The position numbers and the translations under genes were made by a program. A stretch of DNA of 64,000 nt. Source: Narcine bancroftii. Its lineage: Eukaryota. The notes below the pieces were generated by a model. It had not been told where the DNA came from. It did no database searches and worked only from the letters and a program-made list of their open reading frames with translations. The first letter of the stretch is position 1, and every line of letters begins with the position of its first letter. The DNA is taken from contig NC_091470.1 in assembly GCF_036971445.1 (NCBI RefSeq), positions 251,906,001 through 251,970,000 on the forward strand. Direction: 5' to 3'. Below are positions 1-14,427 of the stretch, piece after piece.

Positions 1-3000
1 TAGAGTAGATAATAAGCCATTGGAATACAAGGGTCAAAAATTATTTTTTTACCCAGACACGTTTTCAACTTTTAAAGAAGTTTAAGAGGAAGGAGTTTAA
101 AAAACGATTTTATGGAAAAAAGGTTATAAATTCATGTTAAGACATTCAGCCGTACTTAAAATATTTATACCCAGGGAGCAAAACAAATTGTTCTCAGATC
201 CGGAGGAAGCACAAGAATTCACAGAACATTTGCAGATCATTTGCAGGACTGAAGAAGAGATGAAGAGATGTAACAAGAAAGAGGAATGGCGATAAAGTGT
301 ATATATAAAGATGTAAAAACAATGTATATGTAAAGAACTAAAGAGGGAAAAGAGAAAGGAAGGAAGGGGGAAAAAAAGAGAGCTTTGTTATATGTGTTTA
401 AAAAAAAGTATTTTCTAGGGGGGGCTGAGGGGAGAGGGAATAACCATCACTGCAAAATCAGTTGACGCTTGTGAGCAAGATCACAATCCAAATGGAAAGG
501 GGAGTTGTGGTTGCCTGGCGAGGGATAAGGGGCAACTCAGAGAGGGGGGGAGCTTTTGGGGTTAAGGTATTATTGGGTGTCGGAATTGTTGGAGTATTTT
601 ATGTTTTAAATGTGTTGTTTTACATTGAGTTTAAAAAGGGAAAACTAAGAGATAAAAATGGGAAAAAGGGGGATGGAGGTGGCGAGGAAGTGGAAAAGAG
701 GTGTAAGCAAGATATAAGATGGCCACGTTGAACTATATGGCTATAAACATTAATGGAATACATAACCAAATTAAAAGGAAGAGGTGACTAAATTTACTGA
801 AGAAAGAAAAAAATAGATATAGCATTTGTGCAGGAAACGCATCTAACTGAAGTGGAACATAACAAATTAAAGAGAGATTGGGTAGGACACGTAGCGGCAG
901 CGTCATATAATTCAAAAGCTAGAGGTGTAGCTATATTAATTGATAAAAATGTACCAATCAAAATAGAGGAGGAAATAATAGATCCAGCAGGAAGGTATGT
1001 AATGCTAAAGTGTCAGATATACTCAGAATTTTGGAATTTGCTCAATATTTATGCACCTAATGAGGAGGATCAAAAGTTTATGCAGGATATTTTTTTGAAG
1101 ATTGCAGACACACAAGGAAATATATTGATAGGAGGGGATTTTAACCTTAATTTGGATCCAATGTTGGATAAAACTGGACAAAAGACAAGCAAAAAGAATA
1201 AAGTGGCCGAATTTATGGTTAAATCAATGCAGGAAATTAAACTTATGGAGGCAACACACAAGAGAGAAGGAATATTCATATTATTTGAGTAGGCATAAAA
1301 CATACTCAAGGATTGATATGATTTTGTTGTCGGCCCATATTCAAGGGAGCCTTAGGAAAACTGAATATAAAGCTAGATTACTATCTGATCACTCACCCCT
1401 GTTATTAGCAATAGAACTGGAAGACATCCCACCAAGAACATATAGATGGAGGTTAAACTCCATGCTACTTAAAAGGCAGGAATTTAGAGAGTTTATTGAA
1501 CTCCAAATTAAAACATATTTTGAAATAAACACAGAATCAGTGAAAGACAAATTTTATGGGATGTAATGAAAACCTTCATTAGAGGACAGATAAAGTTATG
1601 TAAGTAAGATGAAAAAAGGATTACAATCGAGAAATAGAGCAGTTGGAAAGGGAGATAGTAAGTACAGAAAAGGAACTAGTAAAAAGGGATGATATAACAA
1701 AAAAGAGAGAATTGGCAGACAAAAAAAATAAAATACGAAACATTACAAATGTACAAGGTGGAGAAGAACATAATGAAAACAAAGCAAAAGTATTACGAAC
1801 TGGGAGAAAAAACACATAAAATATTAGCCTGGCAACTTAAAACAGAACAAGTTAAAAGAACTGTAATGTGGATTATACAGAATTTAAAAAAGAATCACCA
1901 TTTAAATGGCAAGCACAAGCAATCCAATACCTAGGGATCAGGTTAGATAATAATTTAAGCCACTTGTACAAACTAAATTATCAGCCACTAATAAAGAAAT
2001 TGCAGGAAGACTTAGAACATTGGAAAGGATTACTGCTAATGTTGATAGGGAGGGTAAATTGCATTAAAATGAACGTGTTCCCAAGGATACAATACTTATT
2101 TCAAACGTTACCAATTTCTTTAACAGAAAAATTCTTTAATGAACTAAAGAGAAACTAAGGAACTAATGAAATTTTTGTGGAAAGGGAGGAAGCCGAGGGT
2201 AGCGTTAGATAAATTAACAGAGAGGAATAACCAAGGTGGTTTGCAGTTATCAAACTTTTGAAATTATTATAGAGCCGCACAATTAAGGTATTTATCAGAT
2301 TTTTACCAGACAAGGGAAAAACCATACTGGACTAAAAAAGAACTAGATAAAATAGGGGAGAAGGTACCGGAAAATATACTTTATAAGTAGGATGAAAAGT
2401 TGGTGCAATATAAAAGCTCACCAGTATTGCATCATTTACTTAATATATGGAAAAAGATCCACTTAGAAAGGAAAAAAATGAATTACCAACTACCAAAATT
2501 ATTATTGACGCAAAATCCACTAATCCCTTTTACAATAGATAACCTTTCCTTTAGAGAATGGGAGAGAAAAGGAATCAAAAGAATAGAAAATTGTTTTTTG
2601 GGAAATAATTTATTAACATCTGAACAGTTGAAGTACAAATATGGAGTAACTCATGGTACAATGTTTGTATATCATCAACTGAAAGCTTACTTAAAGGATA
2701 AATTGGGAAACAGATTGATATTACCAGAAGGAAGCAGCTTTGAATATGTGATTACAGACACAATGATAATTAAAAGATTTATAACGAAGATGTACATTAA
2801 GCTGCAAGATAAGGAAAATGATGAAATAAATGATAAACCTAAACAAAAGTGGGAAAAGGATTTAAACATAAAGATAAAAAATGAAACATGGGAAAAGTTA
2901 TGTTCTGGAACTATGAAGAATATAATAAACACAAGGTTACGCATGATACAGTATAATTGGTTACACAGGTTATATATCATGCCTCAAAAGTTTAAAAAAA

Positions 3001-3722
3001 TGGGATCCAACATTATCAGATAGATGTTTTCGCTGTAAGAAGGAAATGGGAACAACAGTACATGCAATTTGGGCATGTAAGAAAGTGAAAATATTTTGGG
3101 AAGATCTAAATCAGATATTAAATAAAATCACAAAAAATAACATGCCAAAAAATCCAGAGATCTTTTTTCTATGTAATACAAGAAGTAAGGAATTAGGCCT
3201 CAAATTGGATAAAGCGCAAAAAAGATTTATTATGATAGCCTTAGCAGTAGCAAAAAAATGTATAATGTCAACTTGGAAAATGGAAGAGAGCCTGAGAATA
3301 CACCAATGGTACATGGAAATGAATAAATGTATTCCATTGGAAAAAAAAACCATATAATTTAAAATATAAAGTCACATTGTTTGCACAAATTTGGGAACCG
3401 TACATGGAACATAACAGAGAGGGCTTGCCTTGGACCTCCAACCCCTAAAATGATCCTCCATCTCCTAAAATGATAAGACAAAACGACTTGATTCAGTGTG
3501 TCACAAATAGATGACGCATTTTTCTTGTTTATTTTCCTTTGTGTGAAGATATTGTTTTATGGTTTTATTGTATTTATGGGTTTTGGAGTGGGGGGGGGGG
3601 GGTGGGAAGAGGGGAGGGAGGGAAAGGGAGAAAAATGCCACTGTGTATATTCACTGAGAAACGTTTGTACATAGTTTGGTTGAGATGGTTGACAGTGTGA
3701 AAATTTTTTAATTTTTTTAAAA
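1..3722 (+). mobile_element. Decayed L1-clade LINE (end of ORF1, ORF2 with internal deletion, 3' UTR) in the slc66a2 intron, antisense to the gene
   Basis: ORF2 begins with ATG at 719. APE endonuclease motifs are present (VQETHL, NIYAPN, GGDFN, SRIDMIL, SDHSP), then post-RT sequence (IQYLGIRL, GRVNCIKMNVFPRIQYLFQ) and a C-terminal CCHC (CFRC..GTTVHAIWAC). G-rich 3' UTR at about 3590-3630. Many stops and frameshifts. Confidence 0.93.
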
Positions 3723-3723
3723 A

Positions 3724-3930
3724 CTGCTTCAAGGGGCAGCGAATTGCATGGATCCACCACCCTCTGGGAAAAGCAGATCCTCCTCATCTCCGTCCTAAAT
3801 GGACTACACTGGATCCCCTGGGTCTCGTCTCCCCCACCAATGGAAACATCTTGCCCGCCTATCTCATCTCTGCCTTTCATAACTTTCTCTGTTCCTTTGG
3901 GATCCCTCTCATTCGTCTTAATTCCAGCCA
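3724..3930 (-). mobile_element. CR1 LINE 3' fragment
   Basis: Minus strand translates to FRTEMRRICFSQRVVDPCNSLP, the typical CR1 ORF2 C-terminus. Confidence 0.75.
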
Positions 3931-4011
3931 GGAGCCCCCAATAAAACATCCCCTGGGCAAAAAGCACATTGAAACCAAACTGTTTGTGCCAAAAGTTTTA
4001 GCTCTCACTTA

Positions 4012-4600
<589 letters not shown>

Positions 4601-5504
4601 AGGAAGTTATACAACTCCTTCCCTTCCTTTCACAGACCATTAAAAGAAAGCAATTGCAAGATAGGAGATCATAAAGGTTGATACGCGTTATCTGCGACTG
4701 ATAGAAGGCAAACATGGATCTTCCTTGCACCCTCGGTCCCAACTTTGTTCACTAACTATCCAGCCCCATGGGAAATTATAGTTTTAAATGGAGCCGAGCT
4801 TTCTCCTCCCTTCTTTTGTTGTCACGACGTAGCAGATGGAGGTCACTGGCCCGGTTGGGGCCATGACATGCTATCATAGGTCACTGGCGTCAGGTTCAAC
4901 TCCACCCCATCACCCTTCATTTTCAATGTGGACATCCAGCATGGTAACAGGCCCGCCAGCCCGTTCGGAAAGGTGGAAGCCCACACTGACAAATTCCTTC
5001 CAGGTAGCGCTGGATTCGAACTCGGGAGCTACCACAGCGTTGCCCCTTTGTATTTTTTAAAAAATCTGTATTTTGATACATTCAATGAATGCTTCCTTGG
5101 GCAGAGTTCCAGGGATTCACTCTGCTCTGGGAAAAGTAGTTGCTCTTCATCTCGCCCCAATTCTAGACACACCTACCAGTGCAAACAACCTCCCTGCATC
5201 TATCTTTATACCTTTCGTAAGTGAGTGTGTTTCTTCAAGCTCCCTTCTCATCCTTCCAAGCTGAAATGAGTTTATTCCCAGCTGCTCCATCTCTCCTCTT
5301 AAGATTCCCAGAATCAACCTGTGCTGAAGCTCCCCTGCCACCTCTCAAATGCCAGCAAGTACTTCCTTTCTCAGGAAACGAGAAGACTCAAGAGACTCCA
5401 CGTGGGGTCTCAGCAGAACAGGATACAGTTGGAGCAGAAGCTTCCCCCTCTTAAATTCAACCCCGCTAGCAATGAGGGACAACATGTCTTGTGAGGCAAA
5501 GCTG

Positions 5505-5800
5505 ACAGGCTCTTTGCAGCAAGGAAAGATGAAAGGTGATTTAAGAGAGGTACATAAAATTATGGGGCACATCGATAAGGTGGGCAGCCTGCACCTTTTT
5601 CCTGGTTTGACAGTCGCAAATACCAGGGAACATCTTTTTAAGGTGAGCGGAGGAAAGTTTAGGGGCGATGTCAGAGATCAGTTTTTTTTAAAAAAGAGTG
5701 GTGGGTTCTTATAACACATTACTGGGTATGATGGTGACACCAGATACAATAGGGATATTCAAAAGACTTACATGGAAGGTACAAGGTGGGGAAAGATTAG
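5505..5800 (+). mobile_element. CR1 LINE 3' fragment
   Basis: Translates to MKGDLREVHKIMGHIDKV...TREHLFKVSGGKFRGDVR (CR1 ORF2 C-terminal motif). Confidence 0.75.
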
Positions 5801-5834
5801 ATCAGGGGTGGCCAACTTTTTAATTTAGACATCC

Positions 5835-6415
5835 AGCACTGTAAAAGGCCATTTCGGCCCACGAGTCCATGCAACCCAATTAACCTACACCCCCTGGATT
5901 AGATTACTCAGGCTGGCATAACATCGTGAACTGAAGGTCATTTCTTGTAATGTTTTGTATAACAACCTATTTGACTCCTTCATTACCTGCTGCACCTGCA
6001 AAGACTTTTTGCAATTCATGCTCAAGCACTCCAAGATGCACAACATCCTGCAATTTTTCACCTTTAAATAGTAGTCAGATCTCTTATCTTTCTTTCCAAA
6101 GTGGATGACCCACACTTATTGACATACTCCATCTGCCAGACCCTTGCCTGCTCATTTAACCCATTACCTCTCTGTCCTTGACACAATTTCCTTTTCCGTT
6201 CAATTTAGTGTCATCAGCAAACTTAGATGCACAGCACTTGGTCCTCTTCTCCAAGTTACTTAAATATGTTATAAACAGTTGTGGACCCAGCACTAATCCC
6301 TGCAGCACACTATTATCCATTCACTGTCAACCAGAGAAATACTCATTCATCCTAACTCTGTTTTCCATTGGTCAACCAATTTTCTATCCATGCCAATTCA
6401 TTACCCGCAAATCTG
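5835..6415 (-). mobile_element. CR1 LINE fragments (RT region), split by the Gypsy insertion; continues at 10841-10990
   Basis: Minus strand shows KFADDTKL, SVLGP and WVIHFGKK remnants. The sequence resumes after the Gypsy 3' LTR with DVVYLNLQKVFNKI. Confidence 0.75.
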
Positions 6416-9400
6416 TGTTACGTATATACACCTTCGTGTTTATGATGCCATATCTATTGTGTGCTACAGGAAGCCATTTTAATTTGAGATAAACAATGAA
6501 TAAAACATCATGTCTCTGTGCGCTAGTGTATTTCTAAGGCTAGAATACATCACATATTGGCTACGAGGATCAAAACAAACTTACCCTATGCTCCAAATAG
6601 TGGAATGAAGATTTAAAAGGGAAAAACAAGATTTTCATCACAGTGAGCCCCACAGGCTCAGGCACAGGGAACAAAAGAAAGAAGATTCAAAATGGAGAGA
6701 CAGTTTAGAAAATTTGTGGACTCAGAAGAATCCTGATATGACTATGTAGAAAGATTTAATCATCACTGTCTTGCCCAACACACTGCCTTTGAACCAAAAA
6801 GATCACTATTTCTGAGCCAAGTGGGAAGCAAGACATTTAAACTGATGAAATCTCTGTTAGCACCTGAAAGACCAGGTACAAAACCTTAGGTAGAGTTATG
6901 TGGTATAATAGGAGCACATCAAAGTCCAAAACCACTGGCTTTAGCAGAAAGACAAATATTTTATTTCAGAAAACAGAGAACAGGTGAATCTGTAAGCAAA
7001 TTTTTGCTGAATTATGAAGACTGTCAGAACACTGTGAGTTGTGTGCATTCTTAAACAAAGCATTAAGAGACAGGTTAGACTGCAGTACCAGACAAGTGAT
7101 GGCTAAGTCCAAATGTAACCCTTAATTCAGCATATGATCCAGCCCTGAATTTTGAGAGGGCCGATAACAACTTGGACATCGGCCAAAGTGAACCACCAGT
7201 GGTGGAAACTTTTTTCAAGAATGCTTTCGCTGTGGAAAAAGCAACCACAACCCAGATAATTGTTCTTTCAGAAAATCTAGATGTTACCTATGTGACAAAG
7301 AGGAGAACATCATAGCCAAGTGTCCAAGAAAGAAAGAAAGTGGGAAAGCAAAGACCTATATTTGAAAAACTTCCCTCAGGAGTAAGAAACGTGGAGGAGG
7401 ATGAAAACCCCAACAATTAAACAAACAACTCAGAGGAAGACAAAATATGGGAAGTCACGTATATTTCCGGAATAAAGGATAAAAATTCATAAAAATCAAC
7501 ATTCAGGTGAAAATCAACAATGAACAAATGGAATTGGACACAGGGGCAGCAATGTCATTAATGCCACTGAAGTTAAAAATCCGACTGTTACCCCACCTCA
7601 CCATTAAAGAGTCTGACATGATGTTGTAAACTGTCACAGGGGAGGAAATCAAGGTGTTTGGAAAATGCAGCATAACTGTGGAATATAAAGGACAGACACT
7701 GAAAAGATTACCTCTCTACATTGTTGACACCAAAGGGCTGTTCAGACATTCAATTAAATTGGATATGTAATGAATGCATGCCTGGAAGATAAGGCTAAGC
7801 CAAAACTGGAAAAAGTGCTCAAGAGTATCAGGCTATTTTCAAAAAGGCCTGAAAAAATCCAAGGAATCCAGGCAAAATCAAGTGTTGAACCCAAGTTCTT
7901 TAAGCCCAGAATGATATTGTTTGCAATAAAGGGAAAGATTGAATCAGAAATTAACAGATTGGGAAATGAAGAAATACTAGAAAGAATTCAAAACAGCAGC
8001 TCCTATCGTACAAGTGTGAAAAATCAATGGAAAAGTCTGAACTTGCGATGATTACAAAGTCACCATTAATCAGGCTTTGCAAATACATGAACATCCTATG
8101 CCCAAAGCAGAGGAATTATTTCAGGCCTGAACGAGGGAAAGAAATTCATGAAGCTGGACTTATAGAGTTGAATGAGGCCTCAAAAAATATGTGGCAATCA
8201 ATACTCATTTGAGGTTATTCACCTAGACCTGAATGGCATATGGAATATTAGCAGCCCCAGCCATATTTCAAGATGTCATGGACAAATGATTGCATGGCAT
8301 AAATGTAGGATGCTATCTTGATTACAGGCCGAGATTACTTGGAGCACCTATCTAACCAGAAAGAGTCCTTAATCAACTGCAACAAGCAAACATTCACCTG
8401 CATCAGGACAAATGTGTATTTGTGGTATCTTCTGTAACATATTTAAGCTTCCCAATTAACAGTGAAGAAATCCGAATGAATACTGTTGGTACCGAAGCCG
8501 GCTGCAGAGCACCCTTTCTAACAAATCGAGCCAATTTGCAGTCGATCCTGGGTTTGGTTAACCATTATTGGAAACACATTCCAAATATGTCAACATTGTG
8601 CAGTTCGTTGAACCAATTGTTAAAAGATCTGGAACGAAGAGACTAGTAACATGGTCGATTGCTTGAAAGAACTACTAACGTCATGTGACAATGTTCTTGT
8701 CCACGATGACCCAGAAAAGGAAATAACCATTGCAGTCAATGCTTCCCCAGTGGGATTAGGTGGTGTTGTCACAAGGGGAACAACTGGTGGCCTACACCTC
8801 AGTCTTTAACGGTATGCACAATTGAAAAAGAAGGGCTTGCCATAATATTTGTGTCAAACGATTCCACCAATACTTGTACGGTAGGAAGTTTACCTTAGTA
8901 ACAGACAACAAACCACTAAGTTTGACTCTAGGCCCTAAAAAAAGGGATACCAGTGCTAGCTGCAACAAGAATTCAAAGATGGGCCATGCTGCTCGCTCCA
9001 TATGATTACGATCTGAAACATAAACCAGAAACACAAAACAGCCATGCTGATGCTCTATTTCACTTACTGCACTGTAACATGAACAGAAAAGACAAGATAA
9101 TTAAATGGACGGTGGAGGCTACTGCAATTAATCAAGAACAACTCATCGCTTACCAATTACAGCAAAGAAGAATGGAAAGAAGAAACACTGTCAAAGGTCC
9201 TACATTTCACATTAAATGGGTGTCCGAGACCAAAGCCATCTTTCCCGAACTGAAACCTTATTGTACATTGCATAATGAGATATCCATTGAAAAATGTTGT
9301 TTATTATGTGGACCCAGGACAATCATTTCTACAAATGGCAGACTGCCATGTTATCAGAGCTTCACAACAACCACCCAGGCATTGTTTGGATGAAAGCTTT

Positions 9401-10840
9401 GGCACATATACATGCCTGGTGTTCCTTATTATACATTGATAATGAACAGACGGTAAGAAGATGTGCCATTTGTCAGAGTAGCAACCCAAAGCTCCTCAAG
9501 CCGAAGTTAACCCATGGAGATGGCCATCATGACCATGGCACAGGATTCACATAGATTTTGCTGGTTCATTTATGGAAGAAAATTTCCTAATTTGTTGCCG
9601 ATGTACACTCTAAATGGCCAGTGATGTCACACATGAAGAAAACAACAACAGACCAGACAATTGAACTCTCTGATAATGGGCCACAGTTTGCATTGGATGC
9701 CTTTAAAATGTTCTTATGTAATGACAATATATAACACATCTTGTCAGCACCCTACCACAAATGGGGAAGTGGAACATTTTGTACAAAACTTTTAAAAAGG
9801 TAACGAAAACTAAAAATCTCAAAAATATCACAGATTTCCTGTTAGGATACAGAAATACACGGCACTCTACGACCAAACGAACACCAGCAGAATTGATGTT
9901 TGGACGTAACTTAAGAACAAGGCTTTCCACATTGGCCTTCACATGGAACAATCCACGTCTCTCCAAATAAATCTACGAGGTCTCTGCAAGTAGGAGTCTG
10001 GCTCGGGACTACTGAGACAATAGGGAGTCATAGGTGATAGGAGTGATTCTTAAAAAATTGAGTCCCTGTTCTTATTCTATACTGGTGGGTAGTAAAATAT
10101 GGAAGCGGCACATCGAGCAGTTGAGAGCGGTGGATGATCCTATGGCCACACTCACTGTTCATGATCCCGATGAAATTCCAAATGAGATTCCATGGGCTCA
10201 TTCCCCTGTTGACGATCCAGAAATATCTTTGGGAAGTGAGCCCCCTTCAAGGATGACTGTTCAACAGGGCAGTCCTACCATTCTACTAAGCACTCCTACC
10301 GCTCAGCAGCGCAGCCCTCAGCAACATCCAAATGTGGCACGCCAAATACAAGGTTCACAGTCTTTAACACAACTGAAGTACTACCTGAAAAGGCAAAGAG
10401 TCTGGAGAAGTCACAAAGTATTCTGGTTGATTCTACCTCATTGAGACAATCCAAAAGGGAAAAAATCCTCCAGAATGGCTGAGAGAGTATGTACAGTGAG
10501 TTGGCTGCTTAACATGTCATACTTACATTATGGTGTCATTGCAATTCTCACCATTAGTCTATGGGCACCATGTAGTTATCATAGTTTAGTATACAGTAAG
10601 TGCTGTCTATATGTTATTTTCACAAAGCATTTATTTTGTGTGGGGGGGGGGGAGAAGAGTGTAATGTATATACACCTGTGTGTGTGTATGGCATCATCAG
10701 CTCGATGTGATGACATTGCCACTCATATATGTGTATAATTCACTGGGTGCTGCAGGGAACCATTTTAGATTTGCAATAAACAATGAATAAAGCATCACTT
10801 CTCCATGTGCTAGTTATTTTTAAACCTAGAATACACAACA
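6416..10840 (+). mobile_element. Decayed full-length Ty3/Gypsy LTR retrotransposon
   Basis: 5' LTR 6416-6554 (TG...CA), PBS-like TGGCTACGAGGA at 6558, gag with zinc knuckles (CFRCGKSNH...), protease MELDTGAAMSL at about 7529, RT/RNaseH remnants (VNASPVGLG), integrase (HNNHPGI..C..C, RIHIDFAG, SDNGPQF), purine tract at 10642-10659, 3' LTR 10660-10840. The domain order PR-RT-RH-IN is Gypsy. Confidence 0.92.
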
Positions 10841-12341
10841 CTGTGCATCCTATTCTCATGAAGAAGTCTTTGTGTAGTATCTTATTAAACACCTTCTGCA
10901 AATTTAAGTATACCACATCCACCTGCTCCTCTCAATCCACTGCACTTGTTATATCCTCAAACAACTCCTGTGAAGTAGTTACATATGACATATACATTGC
11001 TTGGTGGCACAATTTCAAAGTCTCACTATTACTTCCCATTACCCCTTCCAAATAATCAGTGGCTAAGAGACCAAATGATTTAGCTATAAATAGCCAAACT
11101 AATTAGAATACAAGGGGACTCGTTTTTCCTGCCTTGGGTTTTACCATTTCACCATTCGTACAGTCTAAAGTTTTTAAACTAATTGAAAACTTGCAAGTTA
11201 TAGCATCATGCCTCATGCCTGACGGCCAAACCAATCATAGAGGGGCAATAATCTCTCTAGAAACACAAATGGAAGAAAAAACCTGGCACTGAAAATATAT
11301 GCACTCACAGGCAAACCTGTAAAATTAGGACCGTGATAACAGTGCTTGCTGGTGGTAAAGAAAACTGCCAAAAGATCTAATTATACGAGTCACATGTTTA
11401 ATCTTTCTGACATCGATTTATACTTGACGTCCATTCAAAAAGAAGCATGGCATCCAGCATCTCTGATAACATCAAGCAGCCTGGGGTGCAAAAAACACTC
11501 GCGTTGAAGAATTCTCTGAGCAAAACAGGAAGGATTTTGGAGGAATATTTTAAAATAACTGTCGCCATCAATTTCACAATAAGATTATAAAGTTCATTAG
11601 TTTCACCAACATATGCTGAGATTCTTTATGGCGAAACAGGATAGTAAAACTTGCAACAATTATATTATACTTATGAGGGGATTCATGTCAGGAAAGAAGT
11701 GGAATAAACAGAAAGATAAGGCAGTCCAAGATATAAATCTGGATGGAAAATAATTTATTTATTGGATTGTTAGTTTGCTTATTTCCAATTTTTTTTGGCA
11801 CAGAGTTACATATTAACAATGTCACATCAGTGTTCCAGCTCCAATTTTCTTTGGGTTCAATTCTGCCTTAAAGCTAAAAATGAGTTTGTGATCCACTTTA
11901 GATACATGCATGTAAAATAGGATCAACAGCAGAGCATTCAATGGCATCAAGTTCTTGATTAATTACAAACTTTTCCTGTAATAAATAAATTAATCCTTGC
12001 TCTATTAAACATTACAATTGTACAACATTTTGCATTATGAAACTTAAGCTATATAATTAGCTGCACCACATGTGGTATGTATTTATTTTTAAATGGGCTG
12101 TATTTCAGGATCATAAAGACTTCAGTTATGATCACATCCCTCCACAAACTCAATGGCACTCAACTTTAACACTTCACATTTCCTGCTGTGTATTTTGCTC
12201 GCCACATCACAGTACTAAATATTCCCCAAACTCCAATAGCAGTTTTAAAATGCATGTTCAACGGCAAGCTCAGAACCTCCTGCAAAAAATTAATACATTA
12301 TCATATTTCCTCATGACAAAAGAGATAATTCAGTTCAACTA

Positions 12342-13118
12342 CAGTGGAAAATATTTTTTTCCCCCAAAAGGTTTGCTTCCTGGAAAAAAATGGGGATTAT
12401 CACAGACAACTTCAAGCTGAACACAAGGATATTTTCAGATTTGCTGAATCACACAGGCAATTGGAGCAATATTAAGTGAACTTTTATTAAATTTAACATG
12501 TTTAATCACATAATGATATTGAGCCAAGCTCTCAGGTTGACTGCACATATTGCACAACAAATGTGAGGAGCCCAGGGTTTGACTTGGTCATCAATTTTGC
12601 AACCCAAGTAAACTCATAGACTTTCTTAACAAGTGCAATCATGCTGTGTCTTGGAACTCTCCACAAATGTAACAGAATGTATTGCACCTGTTGCAACATT
12701 GACGAGATATTTCTGCTATATTGAATCTTTCTGAAGACGATAAATGCCATTGTTAAGTACACTCATTTTGCTATTACCTGAAGAACATGTGTTCAATCTA
12801 TAATCGATGTAATCCACAGCATTTGTACACGTGAGCTGCTTTTTTTTTATAAAAGCTTGTTTGCGCCTATCCTAAGCAAGCCCTGGCTTAAGTCAACATT
12901 TTCAAAGCACTTGCACTGAGTGTATGCCCAGATATACTTTGAACAAAACAGCTGCCATTTATACGAGACAAAATATGACATGAAATCACAAAAATAGGTT
13001 ATATCTTAAAAAAAGGCATGTGATAGGAAAATTTTTAAATGATTTTCATGATCAACAATCCAAACTCCATAAAATACACCCAAAAAAGTTCAGGAAGAAA
13101 AATCTTCGTTGTTCAGTG
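12342..13118 (-). mobile_element. Non-autonomous Chapaev3-like (CMC) DNA transposon retaining the transposase N-terminus
   Basis: Termini CACTGAACAA (13118, minus strand) and CAGTGGAAAA (12342), with CTA duplicated on both flanks. Minus-strand remnant SRQCCNRCNTFCYICGEF..VKKVYE..GCKIDDQVKPWAPHICCAIC. Both ends are homologous to the copy at 20908-23124. The family name is from recall. Confidence 0.75.
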
Positions 13119-13169
13119 CTATCAGAGCAATCTCAATTACTCACTTATTTCCCTATAGCCTTTTCTTTA

Positions 13170-13570
13170 CACATAGGAACATAGGAAGTAGGAACAGGAG
13201 TAGGCCAAAAATGGCCTATCAAGCCTGCTCCGCCATTTAATACGATCATGGCTGATCTAATTTATGACCTAACTCCATCTACCTGCCTTTTCAGCATATC
13301 ACCTAATTCCTCTATCATGTAAAAAATTATCTAACCGAATTTTAAATATGTTTAATGAAGCTGCCTGGTTAGAGAATTCCAAACATTCACTACTCTCTGG
13401 GAAAAACTATTTTTCCTCATCTCTGTCCTAAATCTACTCCCCCGAATCTTGAGACTGTGTCCTCTGGTTTTAGTTTCCCCGGCCAGCTCAAAAAACCTTC
13501 CTACATCCATCCTATCCATACCCTTCATAATCCTATATGTTTCTATAAGATCTCCTCTCATTCTTCTGCA
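13170..13570 (-). mobile_element. CR1 LINE 3' end
   Basis: ORF 13352-13561 MRGDLIETYRIMKG...FSQRVVNVWNSL, with a short tandem tail (ACATAGGA)n at about 13171. Confidence 0.88.
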
Positions 13571-13801
13571 CTTGTTCTTCTGAACATACTGTTTAATGGT
13601 TGGCGTAGAGGTTTAATTGGGCAGCATGGGCTCGTGGGCTGAAATGGCCTGTTACCATGATGAATGTCTAAAAAAATCTCCCGGATTCTCTCATGTTACC
13701 ACACATCCAAGCAGTAATCAACATTATCCAATTAATCAACACCTTTGGAATCTAGGAGGAATCTGGAGCATTTTGGAGAAACCCACATGGTCACAAAAAG
13801 C

Positions 13802-14427
13802 CCTTTCAGGTGGCCCAAACCTCACCTCACCGCCCACCCCCCCCCCCCCACGTAAAGCCACAAATTATCCCTCCTTGCAGTTAAATACCTACTTACCTGA
13901 ATGCACCCAGAGTACCTCCAAGGCGCTGATGCCAACCATCCTCGGGGAGGAATAATCAGCAGAGCACTGGGCTCCGCCGATGCACCTGAATTAGGGGTGG
14001 GCTGATGACTCCATGCTACCTGACAGCACTGGGATGGGGAGGTCTGCCGGGGCGGCCGGTAGGGGATGCTAGGGGCCGCAAGGGAGGCCAGTGCGGAATG
14101 TTTCAGCCCGGCTGGCCGTTCTGGCACCTCACTGGGCGCTTCGGACTTTGAGGCTGCTCTCTGCGGCACAAAACACGGCACAGCAATGGCGGTCTTCCCT
14201 ACCCATAACCTCCCATGCAGATAGAACTGTTCTGAGAAACACAGAGTGGTTCCATCTGCGTGGGGGATTATGGGTAGGGAAGACTGCCATTGCTATGCTG
14301 CATATTTATTATGGGTGGCGCTGCAGATCCAGTCGTCCCGCATCCATCAGATCCGGAGGGCACTACGAGGCGCCTCTGGATAGGAATGGGAAGCTCAAGC
14401 AGCTTTTTAGGGCTGCTGCCTGAAAGG
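13802..14427. mobile_element. GC-rich MITE-like element with short terminal inverted repeats
   Basis: CCTTTCAGG at 13802 and its reverse complement CCTGAAAGG ending at 14427 bound a GC-rich block within AT-rich DNA. No recognisable protein; family not assigned. Confidence 0.4.

Noticed and set aside
11435-11515. Possible terminal coding exon RILQRECFLHPRLLDVIRDAGCHASF* after a minus-strand acceptor
   Set aside because: No family is recognised and no in-frame upstream exon was found. Kept only as a candidate exon of the orphan transcript.
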